Below are positions 32,316-43,243 of a stretch of 64,000 nucleotides of DNA, one piece after another. The stretch covers positions 1 to 64,000 of the forward strand of contig OZ025733.1 in the NCBI GenBank assembly GCA_964019335.1, written 5' to 3'. How positions within the stretch are numbered: position 1 is the stretch's first letter; the number at the start of each line of letters is the position of its first letter. The position numbers and the translations under genes are program-made. The notes beneath the pieces were generated by a model. That model was not told where the DNA came from. It made no database searches and saw nothing but the letters and a program-made list of their open reading frames with translations. This DNA comes from Diplonema japonicum. Its lineage: Eukaryota; Protista; Euglenozoa: Diplonemea.

Positions 32316-34725
32316 AAAAAAAAAAAAAAAAAACTTAGGATATCAGAAGTGATGAACTAGCTTGGCTGACGGTGTAGGGGAAATAATATAATAGAACAAT
32401 TGAAATATTAAGAACCGAAACCTTTCTTTTTTTTCTTTTTTTTTTTGCACGTACTATTACTCGGGGAAGAAGGGGGAAAAAAAGGAGAAGAGTTTTTAAA
32501 AACAGAAAAAAAAAGAATCTCCTGCCAGAAAACAAAAGTGGGTTTTTGAAGGGAAAACGAAAAGAAATAAAGTAAGAGGGACACCTACCCGCGCCCTTTG
32601 CACTTTCCATTACCCCGACCTTCTTCCATTTTTTTCCCCTTCGCTTCTTGTCTTTCGTTTGGGATTAGATGAAGAAAAAAAAAGTAAAATGTTTCTCTAG
32701 TTTCTCGACCGCCCCCCATTTCTTTTCCTAAAGGGAGGGCTGTTTCTCGTGTTTTTTTTCTTGCTTCCCCCCAGGTTGTCTAGGGGTGGAAATTATTCCT
32801 TCTTATTTCTGTTTTCTTTCTTTCTTTTCCCCCCCTCTTTCTTTCCATTTTTATTTTTTTGTCTATAGTACTCATTCCCCTCCCCGTGCTTTTTTTTTTT
32901 CGTATCTTGTCTTAGCCCCCCTTCTGTCCTCCCTCTCTCAGGGTCTTTCCGCTCACCTCTTCGAACCTCTGCACACTTCTTTTTTTTGTTTTGGGTGTGT
33001 TCGTGTGCACAATGAGGGGACAACTGGAATCACTGGCAATCCGAGAGATTTTCTTCTTCTTTTTTTCTTTTTAAAGTGGCTCTGTTTCCCCCTTCTTTTT
33101 CGTTCGCTTCCTTCTTTACCAGAGGCGCCTTCCGGGTGTTTAACACTTTTTCTTTTACTTGAAACAGTTTAACTTGTTGTTGGGCTAGTGGGGTGGTGGT
33201 TTTCTTTTATTTTTATTTTTTAAAACTTTTATTCTCCTCTTCCCCCCCCCCCCCCCCCCCCTTATTTTCCTCTGGAAGGCTATAAGAAAAAAAACAAAAC
33301 AAAAAAAAAAGGAAATAATAATTAAAAAAAAAAAGAAAACCCAGGGTCTCGTGGTCTAAAGAACTTACTTCTTCTTTGCTCCTGTTGTGGGTGTGGTGCG
33401 AATGGTGGTGGGGCTTTTTTTTTTTTTTTTTTTTCTTTTTTTTCTTCCTTCTTCTGGAAAACAGAAATATATATGCCTGTGACCTGCGTTTGTGCGACAA
33501 GTCCTTCTGGTGTGTATCTTGGTGTCCTGGAAGAGAAAAAAAAAAAAAAAAAAAAGAGAAAACAAGAGACTGAGACTCACAACAGAGCACGTGAGTAAGG
33601 TTAAAATAATCTAGTTGGTGGTGTTGTAGCTTTATTTGCGGTTGTTTCTTCTCTTGCATTACCCCCCTTCCCTTTCCCCCCTTTCTTAACTATTTACTTA
33701 AGTACGAGCTTTTTCCATTGACACGTGCGAAATGAAGAAAAAAAAAATTACAAATGTAACCACGAGGCTTAGGCGGAGAAAAAAAAAAGAAATCCCAACA
33801 CACGGATCATGAGTTACCACTTAAAGGTTGTTCATTTTCAAAAAAAAAAAGAAGAAAAAAAAGAAAGAAATAATTTTTTTTTCTTGAACATTTTTTTCTC
33901 TTCCCTCCTCCCTCTTTCACATTGAAGCCATTCTTTTCTCCCTTTTGTTCTCTCCGCAGTCCTTGTGGCTTGTTTTTGAAAAAAAAAAAGATTTTTATTT
34001 TCACTGCGAGGGAATATCCCCCTTTTTCAGAAGTGGGTGGGGGGGGAACCTTTGTTCCTTTTTATAATTTTTTTATTTAATTGCGATTAAAAAAAAAAAG
34101 CAGGGGGTGAAAAGAGAGAAAAAAAAAAGAAGAAGAAAGGGGTAGGTGGGAGGGAAAATGAACCAGGTTCCTTTTCCCTCCTCGCTCTCATTTTTTTCTT
34201 CTTCTTTTTTTTTTCTCTTCCCCTCCCCAATATTTTTTTTTATTTTGTTCCCTTTTCTCCTATTGCGGGAGACACAGATGCAAGGGATGGCACAATGCAC
34301 CCCCCCCCCCCCCCCCCTCCTTTTCCCCCCTTCTTCGAAACCTCTTTACTTGTCCCATAAGAAAGGTTTGCAGTCCTGTTTTTTAAGTTTTGTTCCCTCC
34401 CCCCCTTTCCCCAGAGAGTGGAATCGGCGCACGTGTATAATTAAGTACCAAGAACATTGCTGGGAGAAAAGAAAGAAAAAAAAAAAAAAGCAGAAAAAAA
34501 AAAAAAAGAAAGTCTGAAAGCTCCTCATCCATGCCCCTCTCCCGCCTGTTGTGTGTGGTGCTTTGAAAGAAACCAGTTCTTCTTCTTTTTTTTATTCTTA
34601 TTGAGCCCAACCATTCCCCTTCCTTCCTTCCTTCCTCCCCTCAATTTCCGGGCTAACAAGCGGAGCAGAATTGGCATGCATGGGCTTTTTGGCCATTTTT
34701 TTCCCCCCCTGACTGCAGGAATTTG

Positions 34726-34759
<34 letters not shown>

Positions 34760-34985
34760 GTGTCACTTGCTGATTACGCTGGGGAGGGGGGGTATATTGC
34801 GTCAGGGACGAAGAAAAGAAGAGAGAAAAAAAAAAGAAACCGATTACCGTATTTGGAATTTAAAAAAAAATTTTTTTGGTCAGGCGGGGGGGTGGGCGGG
34901 GTGTTTCGATTGATCTTATCCAATCCCTCTTTTTTTTAAAAAAAAAATTATATTTTCTTTTTTCTTCCTAGCCCTCGGCCTTTGG

Positions 34986-35021
<36 letters not shown>

Positions 35022-35985
35022 GTCACTCCACATTTCCTAAGGGGAAGAAGAAAAAAAAATAGAACAACAGCAGAAGAGTGTTTGATGCCAACAACAACAA
35101 TGCTAAAGGGTATCATGGGCTGGCAGCACTGCGGTGGTCCTTGCCAAACACATATTAAAAAGGGCACCCCCCCCTTTTTTTGTTTTTGTCCGGGTTAACA
35201 GGACACCATTATTTCAGGGATAAGGGGAAAAAAAAAAGAATCACCAGGGGCTATTATAACCCCGAAATAATGTGATTGTATTTCTAACAAAAAAAAACAA
35301 AAAAAAACAAAACAAAAAAAAAGTCTATTTAGGTGACCCATGGACGGTTATTTCTCTAAAAACAATCTAAAATAGAACATTTGGAGGAAGAATTAATTTG
35401 TTCCAGCGTTGCTTCTACCCCCCCCCCCCCCCCCCCTTCTGTTACTTCTTGTGGGTTTTCCTCTTTGTTTCTTTCTTCTCTCTTTGATATGATGTCACCA
35501 GAAAATTAAACCAGATTTTTTTTTTTTTTCCCCCGCGCTTCTTTCTCTCGTTGAGAGATTTTGACAATTGAAACGAATTCAAAAAAAAAAAATTTTTTTT
35601 TGCTTGCCAGATGGTGTCATATTTCTTTTTTGTGAAACAACTTCTTGGGTTCGAAACATAGAAGAGGGAAGAATTATCGCAACCCGCCCTCTTGCGTCCA
35701 ATCGAGTCTAAGAAAGCTGTTTCAAAGGATAGAAGTTATCCTAGATGGGGGGGAAAAGGAAGAATGACTAAAAGGGGGGTTTTTTTTGATTTTCTACTTC
35801 ACTCCTTCAGCCGTAGAATATATTTTTTTTTTTCTCTCTAGGTATTTTCTTCTTTTTTTTTTCTTTTTTTTTCTTCCCCCAATTTTTATTCCCTCCCTTT
35901 CGTTTCCTCTCTTCATGAAGAAAAAAAAAAAAAGAGGGAAACCAAAAAAGGATTTTCATTTTTTTTGATTCAAAAGAAAAAAAAA

Positions 35986-36171
35986 ATGGCAGGAGAAGAG
36001 CTCACGTCGACCGATCTCGTGTGGGATACCTTCAGCCCAGACATTTATGAAACCGATGAGGAAGGGTCGAAGTTGGTCTACAAGTACAAAGACAGGATGG
36101 ACGGCCCCCCCCCTGCACCGTCGCCGGATGAAAAGTTCTACGCAGACATTTACTTGTATGGCGTGAAGAAA

Positions 36172-36202
<31 letters not shown>

Positions 36203-36703
36203 CACAGAACGGCGAGGGCCAACCAAGGTTTCTCCCCAAACACCGGAAAGCACTACTGGGAGATGGCAGTCAACCTTGACAACCTAAAAATAGGTGTCTG
36301 CACCAGTGAGGCTGACGTAACAGGTGAGCTCGGCTACGATGAGAACACCTGGGGTGTCTACATCCAAACAGGCGAATGCGAGCACAACAGAAAAGCCAGG
36401 TTGAAGCCGGAAGGCGTGCAGCGAAAGCTCTGGCGGTTGGTGGTGACCATCAGCGGTGGGAGGTTCGGATGCCTCCTAGATACCAACAGCGGGACCTTAA
36501 GGCTCTTTTTCAACGGTGAGTACCAAGGCATTGCCTTCGATGAAAACTCCGGTCTCAAAGGCAAAACTCTGTACCCCGCCGTGGGCATAGCCTCTTTTGA
36601 GGACAACAACCGTACCATCGGGAGGGGGAAGAAGTACTGCAAATTCGTGAAGGACATGCCGGTGCCCGCCATTCCCTCTGTTGACAAGAAGGTAATTTGT
36701 TGA
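35986..36703 (+). CDS. SPRY-domain protein, two exons (35986-36155, 36208-36703)
   Basis: Removing GTATGG...ACACAG (36156-36207) joins the two ORFs in frame: DIYL/TARANQGFSPNTGKHYWEM...IGV...FGCLLD..SGTLRLFFNG...LYPAV. Confidence 0.9.
36156..36207 (+). other. 52-nt GT-AG intron, poly(A)+(AC)n type
   Basis: Required to restore the SPRY reading frame. Confidence 0.88.
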
Positions 36704-37330
36704 AGAACGGTGGGCTTTTTTTCCCCCCTCTTTTTTTTTTCCTTCCCCCCCCCCCCCTAATCATGTGAATAAGGCCCTCTCTCCTTCTTTCTTTTACTCC
36801 CCCCCTTTTATTGGACCCCTCCCCTAGTTACCAGGGTGGGAATGTTACGAGGAGGGGGGGATTTCTAGGTGGAAAATTTGTTTTATAAGTGTGGACACCC
36901 TTGGTGTTTTTCTTTCTTTCTTTTTTTTTTTTCTTTCTTTTTCTCTTATTTCTTTTTTGCGAGAATCCCCCCACCTACCCCAATGAGGGAAAAAAAAAGA
37001 AGAAAAAAAAGAAACCCCTTTTGACAGAAATGCGAAAAGAAATCTGTTGGGACACAGGGGAAAAAAAAAAAAACAAAATACTTGACTTCCGTGCCCTCCT
37101 CCCCCCCTGAAAAAAAGGGGAAAATAGAATTCAAAAAAAAAAAAAAGAAGCAAGAAAAAAAAAACATTCTTTTTTTTGAAAAAAAAAAGCATGCTGGCAA
37201 TGCCTAGGAAAACCTTGCTACCCCCCCCGCCCACCCCCTTTTTTTTTCTCTCTTTCGATTTCTTTTCGTGGAACAAAAAAAAAAAAACCAAAACAAAAAA
37301 AAAAACAAAAAAAACTATAAAAGGGCAAAC

Positions 37331-40300
37331 ATGCGTGCTCACGCCCTGTTGGCGTTGGTGTGGGCGGTGACGGGGGCGCAGTATGATATTCTGAAGACAG
37401 TTGACACACCGGGAACTGCAAGGGACGTGGCAGTTGAGGGTAATTTCGCTTATGTAGCAGATACAACTGCTGTTCTGGTGATTGATATAAGTGACAAGGC
37501 CGCAGCAAACATCGTGCACACCATACCAGAGACAGACCCTACTATCGGACTAGCAGTGTCAGGGAACAGGCTGTACGTGGCGGCAGGGAACACAGGGATG
37601 CAAATCTTCGATATCACAACACCGACAACACCCACGCTTCTTGCCACATACAAGCACCCAACAGAGCCAGACGGGTTTCTGAAGGTTGACATCCAAACAG
37701 TGGGATCAGACACAATAGCTTATCTACTGGGAACCATCAAGCGGATGTTTCAGGTCAACGTGAACGACCCCATGATGATGGTGTCCCTCTCCATCAGCGA
37801 TGCTAACAGCGGGGGTACCAGCGCCCAGTTGTTCCACTACGCCTTTGGGTCCTTCACGTCCTTCTACTGGATCGGGACAAACGCAGGCATCGAAAGTTTT
37901 GATGTGTCAACGACTGCTGCCACAGCCCGCATCCTCTCGCAGACCATCTCTCCCAATGGCGCTCATGATATTACCGTCGCGCAGTCGCACTGCCTTGTCA
38001 TCTCCGACTTAGACATGAAGGTGCAGTCCAACAACCCGAACACGCCCATCCAGTCCGCTGCCTATAACGTGAACGCGCCATTCTACAGCATCGAGGTTGA
38101 CGCTAGTGAGCAGTTTGCCTACATTGTAGGGAGCCAGTTCATTGTGGTGAGCCTTGCTACCATCACGATGCCCGTGGAGGTTTCTACAAAACCGCTGCCC
38201 GGGACGGACCCTACCATCAGGTACGTCATCAGGTACGGCGGCACGCTGTACATCACAGACGGCGATGCGGGGCTGCACATCATGGACGTGGCGCCACCCA
38301 CACCGGCTCCCGACACACCTGTTCCGGATACGAATGCACCCGACACCCCCGCTCCAGCTACCAACGTGCCAGATACCTCTGCACCTGATACCCCAGCACC
38401 TGCTACTCCTGCTCCTGATACTCCTGCCCCCGACACACCAGCACCAGATACTCCTGCTCCTGACACGCCTGCACCGGATACCCCAGCACCTGCTACTCCT
38501 GCTCCTGACACGCCTGCACCTGATACTCCAGCTCCTGCTACTCCTGTTCCTGATACGCCTGCACCTGATACACCTGCCCCCGACACACTTGCTCCTGATA
38601 CGCCTGCACCTGATACACCGGCCCCTGAAACCCCTGCCCCAGACACGCCTGCCCCTGATACTCCTGCTCCCGACACGAAAGTGCCGAACACCCCAGCACC
38701 TGACACCCCAGCGCCTATTACTCCCGCGCCTGATACGCCGGCACCGAACACTCCGGCCCCTGACACACCAGCTCCTGATACTCCTGCGCCTGATACACCA
38801 GCTCCTGACACACCAGCTCCTGACACACCAGCTCCTGACACACCAGCTCCTGATACCCCTGCGCCTGACACACCAGCTCCCGACACACCAGCTCCTGATA
38901 CTTTAGCCCCAGATACACCAGCTCCAGATACACCTGCGCCTGCTACGCCGGCACCCAGCACACCCGCTCCGGACACACCTGCACCAGCGACTGCTGCCCC
39001 TGATACACCCGCACCTGACACATCTGCCCCGAATACAAATGCGCCCCCCACACCTGCACCACCGACGGATGCCCCTGCCACTCTTGCTCCAGCTACTCTC
39101 GCTCCCGACACCCCAGCACCCCCGACAGGTGCACCAGCAACTCCTGCGCCTGCGACTCCGGTTCCAAAAACTATGGCACCACAAACGCCTGCGCCTCCTA
39201 CCTTAGTACCTGCAACGACCACGGCACCTGCGACGGGCGCCCCGTCAACCTTTACACCCGAAACATCAGCACCAGCGACAGCCACACCGACAGCAGTGCC
39301 GACACAGGCGCCCTCAACTGCGGCACCTGCAACACGCGCCCCTGCTACTGCTGAGCCAACAGCATCCCCTTCCACAGCATCTCCTTCCACTGCATCTCCT
39401 TCCACTGCGTCCCCTTCCACGGTCTCTCCACCTCTTCCTACAGCACCTCCTACAATAGAGCCCACAGCTGCTCCCACACCTGTACCGACGGCAGCAGGCT
39501 CTATTCCCAAGGAACAGAAGGATTTTGCCAAGAAAGTCAACGACGTCAACCCCGCCAGCGCTAAGCTGGTTGCCGTTCTGAACATCAAATGCGAAGTTGA
39601 GGACATCGACTTGGGTGAGGAGCCGCTGGACTGGGAGTTCCACCCCATCGGAGTGCCCCTCGGTGACCACTCGCACAAGCACTTCCTCGGCGCGGTCGTC
39701 TTCAACACCACCATAGTTATCCTCTTCCTTGCTGTGAACCACATCCTTGTCGTGATCCAGGTGGCCATCTTCAAGATCGACTGGGGTGATGCTGTCTTCT
39801 ACGTGAGAGCTCCGGGTCTCGTTTACATCCCTGTCTTGTGGCTCATGATGGGAACCAGCTTGGCATCTTCAAACATGGCGTTCTTCCCAGGCCACTCCCC
39901 AGCATATGTCCCTGTTGTGGGGTGGATGGGGCTTATGTACTGTGTTGGGGTGCCCGTGTCTTTGTGGATGCTGCTGATGAAGAAGAGTAAGTTCCACGCG
40001 ACAACAGTCCCGGACCCTCAGATCGACAGGAAGGCTGCAGAGTATGTAACGGACGGGCCTGTGGAGGTGTACACAGGGTGGAAGAGAAGGGCGTATATAT
40101 TCATTTTCGGGTCAGAAGTGTGGGTGAAGGATGGTGGACAGGACTACTTTGTGGAGCAGTATGGGATGTTCTTCGAGCAGTACAGGTGTGGCTACCACTG
40201 GTTCGGTCTGTTCGAGATGGGCCAGATCCTTCTGCTGTCGTTTGGGTCAGCATGGAAGCCTTCCGATTCAGGATCATGCACTCTGAGGAACGTGTTGCTG

Positions 40301-40942
40301 GTGGTGGTGTTGGTAACGACGTTCCTCTTCACTGTGTTCCTTCGGCCTTTCAACTCGGTGTTGGACCAGCTTGTTGGGACCATTATGAGCTTTTTCATGG
40401 CTACTGCTGTTGTTCTGATGACCATTTCGTTGGCACTCGACCCTGGTCCGCCTGTGCTGACGGATATTGCTGGGATGCTGCTTGTCATTACTGCGTTCCT
40501 GTTGCTGCTCAAAGGGGTGTACGACTTGTGTTTCTACTTCCTCGACATTTTTCTAGGGAGGCGTCGGCGAGCTTTCAAGGCCTCTAGGCAGCGTAGTGTG
40601 GAGAACTGGAAGAACTGCGACAACCTTCCACTCGACAAACGAGACAACAGCGACTACTTCGAAATGGAGGCTACCGTCTTGAAGCCAACACCGCCTGTGC
40701 CGCCTGCTCCTGAAAGTCATAACTGTGATTATTCTTCGCTTGACCTAGGGGACGAGACGGACTTCAGCCCTCTTGTGAACCTCCTCTCACGCGATGTGAG
40801 TGTACGGCCGCAGTCCCCTGGGGTTGCTGCCACCTCCTTCGCTGTCTACCCGCCATACCCAACTCGGGCTGCTTCCTTTTCCCACCCCAGCGAGGGCAGG
40901 CAGAGCAAGGCACGTAAGGGGAAAGTGACTTCATTCATATAA
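37331..40942 (+). CDS. Surface protein: signal peptide, LVIVD-repeat propeller, DTPAP mucin-like stalk, multi-pass TM C-terminus
   Basis: LVIVD repeat DTPGTARDVAVEGNFAYVAD..LVIDISD, a long DTPAP array, and several hydrophobic helices after about residue 780. Confidence 0.9.
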   Translation: MRAHALLALVWAVTGAQYDILKTVDTPGTARDVAVEGNFAYVADTTAVLVIDISDKAAANIVHTIPETDPTIGLAVSGNRLYVAAGNTGMQIFDITTPTTPTLLATYKHPTEPDGFLKVDIQTVGSDTIAYLLGTIKRMFQVNVNDPMMMVSLSISDANSGGTSAQLFHYAFGSFTSFYWIGTNAGIESFDVSTTAATARILSQTISPNGAHDITVAQSHCLVISDLDMKVQSNNPNTPIQSAAYNVNAPFYSIEVDASEQFAYIVGSQFIVVSLATITMPVEVSTKPLPGTDPTIRYVIRYGGTLYITDGDAGLHIMDVAPPTPAPDTPVPDTNAPDTPAPATNVPDTSAPDTPAPATPAPDTPAPDTPAPDTPAPDTPAPDTPAPATPAPDTPAPDTPAPATPVPDTPAPDTPAPDTLAPDTPAPDTPAPETPAPDTPAPDTPAPDTKVPNTPAPDTPAPITPAPDTPAPNTPAPDTPAPDTPAPDTPAPDTPAPDTPAPDTPAPDTPAPDTPAPDTPAPDTLAPDTPAPDTPAPATPAPSTPAPDTPAPATAAPDTPAPDTSAPNTNAPPTPAPPTDAPATLAPATLAPDTPAPPTGAPATPAPATPVPKTMAPQTPAPPTLVPATTTAPATGAPSTFTPETSAPATATPTAVPTQAPSTAAPATRAPATAEPTASPSTASPSTASPSTASPSTVSPPLPTAPPTIEPTAAPTPVPTAAGSIPKEQKDFAKKVNDVNPASAKLVAVLNIKCEVEDIDLGEEPLDWEFHPIGVPLGDHSHKHFLGAVVFNTTIVILFLAVNHILVVIQVAIFKIDWGDAVFYVRAPGLVYIPVLWLMMGTSLASSNMAFFPGHSPAYVPVVGWMGLMYCVGVPVSLWMLLMKKSKFHATTVPDPQIDRKAAEYVTDGPVEVYTGWKRRAYIFIFGSEVWVKDGGQDYFVEQYGMFFEQYRCGYHWFGLFEMGQILLLSFGSAWKPSDSGSCTLRNVLLVVVLVTTFLFTVFLRPFNSVLDQLVGTIMSFFMATAVVLMTISLALDPGPPVLTDIAGMLLVITAFLLLLKGVYDLCFYFLDIFLGRRRRAFKASRQRSVENWKNCDNLPLDKRDNSDYFEMEATVLKPTPPVPPAPESHNCDYSSLDLGDETDFSPLVNLLSRDVSVRPQSPGVAATSFAVYPPYPTRAASFSHPSEGRQSKARKGKVTSFI
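38295..39200 (+). repeat. Coding 15-bp tandem repeat (DTPAP/ATPAP)
   Basis: Unit GAYACNCCNGCNCCN, varying mostly at synonymous sites. Confidence 0.95.
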
Positions 40943-41187
40943 ACGAAAAAGAAAAAAAAAGTTGTTGTTTTAGTTTTTTTTTCCTCCCCCCCCCCCCCCT
41001 TCTCCACCTATGCTGCTCGTATTATTTTGCTTGCAATCTTCACCTCTTCTATTATTCTTGTGTTAGAGCGGTCTGACTTACTCTTTTTTTTTTTTTCTCC
41101 CCTTCCCCCCATTTCTCCACAACTCTCTGCCCACTTTTCCCCACTGTCCTTGGGGCGAATATGGGTCCTTCAGTGGGCCATGTGAAA

Positions 41188-41224
<37 letters not shown>

Positions 41225-41641
41225 AGCGAGGCCGGAACATCACACCTAGCACCTGCAGCCGCAGCGCCATAGAAATGCGCTAAGGGGCTTTGGTCAGGTG
41301 AGAGTGGTTTTTTTTTTTTTTTGTTTTTTTTTTTTAAGGGCGGCCCTCCATGAGGGGGTTTGTCCTGCACTTTGAGTTTTTTTTTTTCTTTCTTTTTTTT
41401 TTTTCTCTCTTTTTTCTCTTATTTTCTTTCTATATTACTTGTTGGCCTACTTACTAGTTGGTTAGCAAAGCTGGATGATTGCAAACAAAAAAAAAAAAAA
41501 AAGCAAAAAACAGAATCGCGTGCGGAGGAGGACGAGCGGCATCGTATATTTCTTTTTTTTTTCTTTCTCTCCCTTCGAAACTTTTGCCCTCTCCCCTCAT
41601 GCCATGTACAACAAATGAATAAACAGACAAACAAACAAATG

Positions 41642-41673
<32 letters not shown>

Positions 41674-43243
41674 GAATATCCGAGCGACGTCGGATCTTTG
41701 ATCACCCCTTTCACTTCCCCCCTTTTTCTTTTTGCAGTGGTACAAGTAGGCTATTATTAATTTTTTTTAATTGAAAAATCCTCCAAACAAAACAAAAAAA
41801 CAAAAAAAAGAAAATCACCCCCCCCCATATTTACACCTTCCCCCTCCCCCCCTTTCTGGCTATGTTTCTGTCGTCACACTTTTTTTTGTTTAAGTATTCT
41901 CTACTCCTTTGTTTCTTCTTTTTTTTCCTTAAAAAAGAAATTGTTTGTTATACTGTTATAAGGGAAAGGGGAGAGGTGAAAGCCACTACCCCTTAAGATC
42001 CCGGGGGAGGGGAGGTACTTTACTGGCACTTTTTTTTTTGTGAGACCACCAATTGGGAACCGGGGAAGAAAAAAAAAAAGAAAGGCAGTCTTGTAACTTG
42101 CAAATTGTCTCCCCCCCCCCCCCTTCTTTTTTCTGGGCTTCATGCTCAGAGAGTGCCTGTATTTATCGGATTTGGGCCCAGGTCGGAATCTACCAGAAAT
42201 TTTAAATTTAAAAAAGCCATCCCAACGAGTGTCGCGTCTAGGTGTGTGGTCAATACTCCATCTGACCTGGCGAAGCGGCACGGCCTGCAGTCATACTTCC
42301 CCTGCAGCCTTTTTAAGGCTAAGCAAAGCACCCGATCATCGCAAGTGCATGCAGCTTCGCTACTTTCTTCCTCAGGGCTCTGTTCTTGGCCCACAGCCTC
42401 TTGTGTATGGCTTGACGGACAGGATTCCCTTGTTGTGGTCATCATTGTCTTCGTCGGCCGGGAAATGGGCTTTTGGGCGATTTTTTGGGGGGTTTTTTTT
42501 TTTGCGCCTTTGTCACAAATGTGCAAGATTTAATTTTGGCCTAATTTCGACCCCTTTGACCCCCCCCCCCCCCCCACACCACACACACACATAAGGTGCA
42601 AGCGTCAGTTACTTTCCCCTTCGCCCCCATTTTTTAAACTAAATGTTGAGAACGAAAAGGTGAACAAAAAGAAAGAGAGAATGTTTCGTATCTCTCTTTG
42701 AGTGCCCCACCGTTGTTTGGTTTGGGTCCGGGGGGGGGGGGGGGGGGGGTGGGGGGGGCTAAACAGGTTTCTTCTTTTGTTTGAGCCTTCTTTTTTAGGG
42801 GCGACATTGTGTCATAGTTTTTCTAAATCTGCCACCCTCTTCCCCCTTTTTTTTTGTAGTAGTTCTGCGAAAAGGTGGCTTGTGTTGTTAAACTCTTTGT
42901 CGATATTATTTTAAAAAAATGAAAAAAATCAGGTCGTAGGGGCAGATATAAAAAAAAGTAAAACAAAGAAAGGAAATGGAAGAATTAGAACCCTTTACCC
43001 CCCCCCCCCCCCCCCGCCCCCCCCTTCCGTCCGTGTGAAATATAAAAAATAAAAATAAAGGATCACTCTTCTTTTATCCCCCCCTGTATTCTATTAAAAA
43101 AGGGAATCCAAAGGGGGGTTGTTCTCACGCAGGATTATGTCCATGTCCACAGTACCTTGTGCTTTTTTTTATGTGTGTGTTTCCCCCCACTTCTCATTCC
43201 GCTCCATGCACACGCACCCCCATTCAGGTCAGTCTTTAAAAAA

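Noticed and set aside
32349-32372. GTGATGA...CTGA as a C/D snoRNA
   Set aside because: The boxes are only 10 nt apart, with no downstream D box or terminal stem.
38119-39774. 551-aa minus-strand ORF of GAGVS repeats
   Set aside because: Antisense shadow of the DTPAP coding repeat; the + frame has the signal peptide and domains.
42365-42420. LPQGSVLGP, resembling a non-LTR RT motif
   Set aside because: The flanking residues do not continue the RT pattern and no YADD-like motif follows; too short to call.
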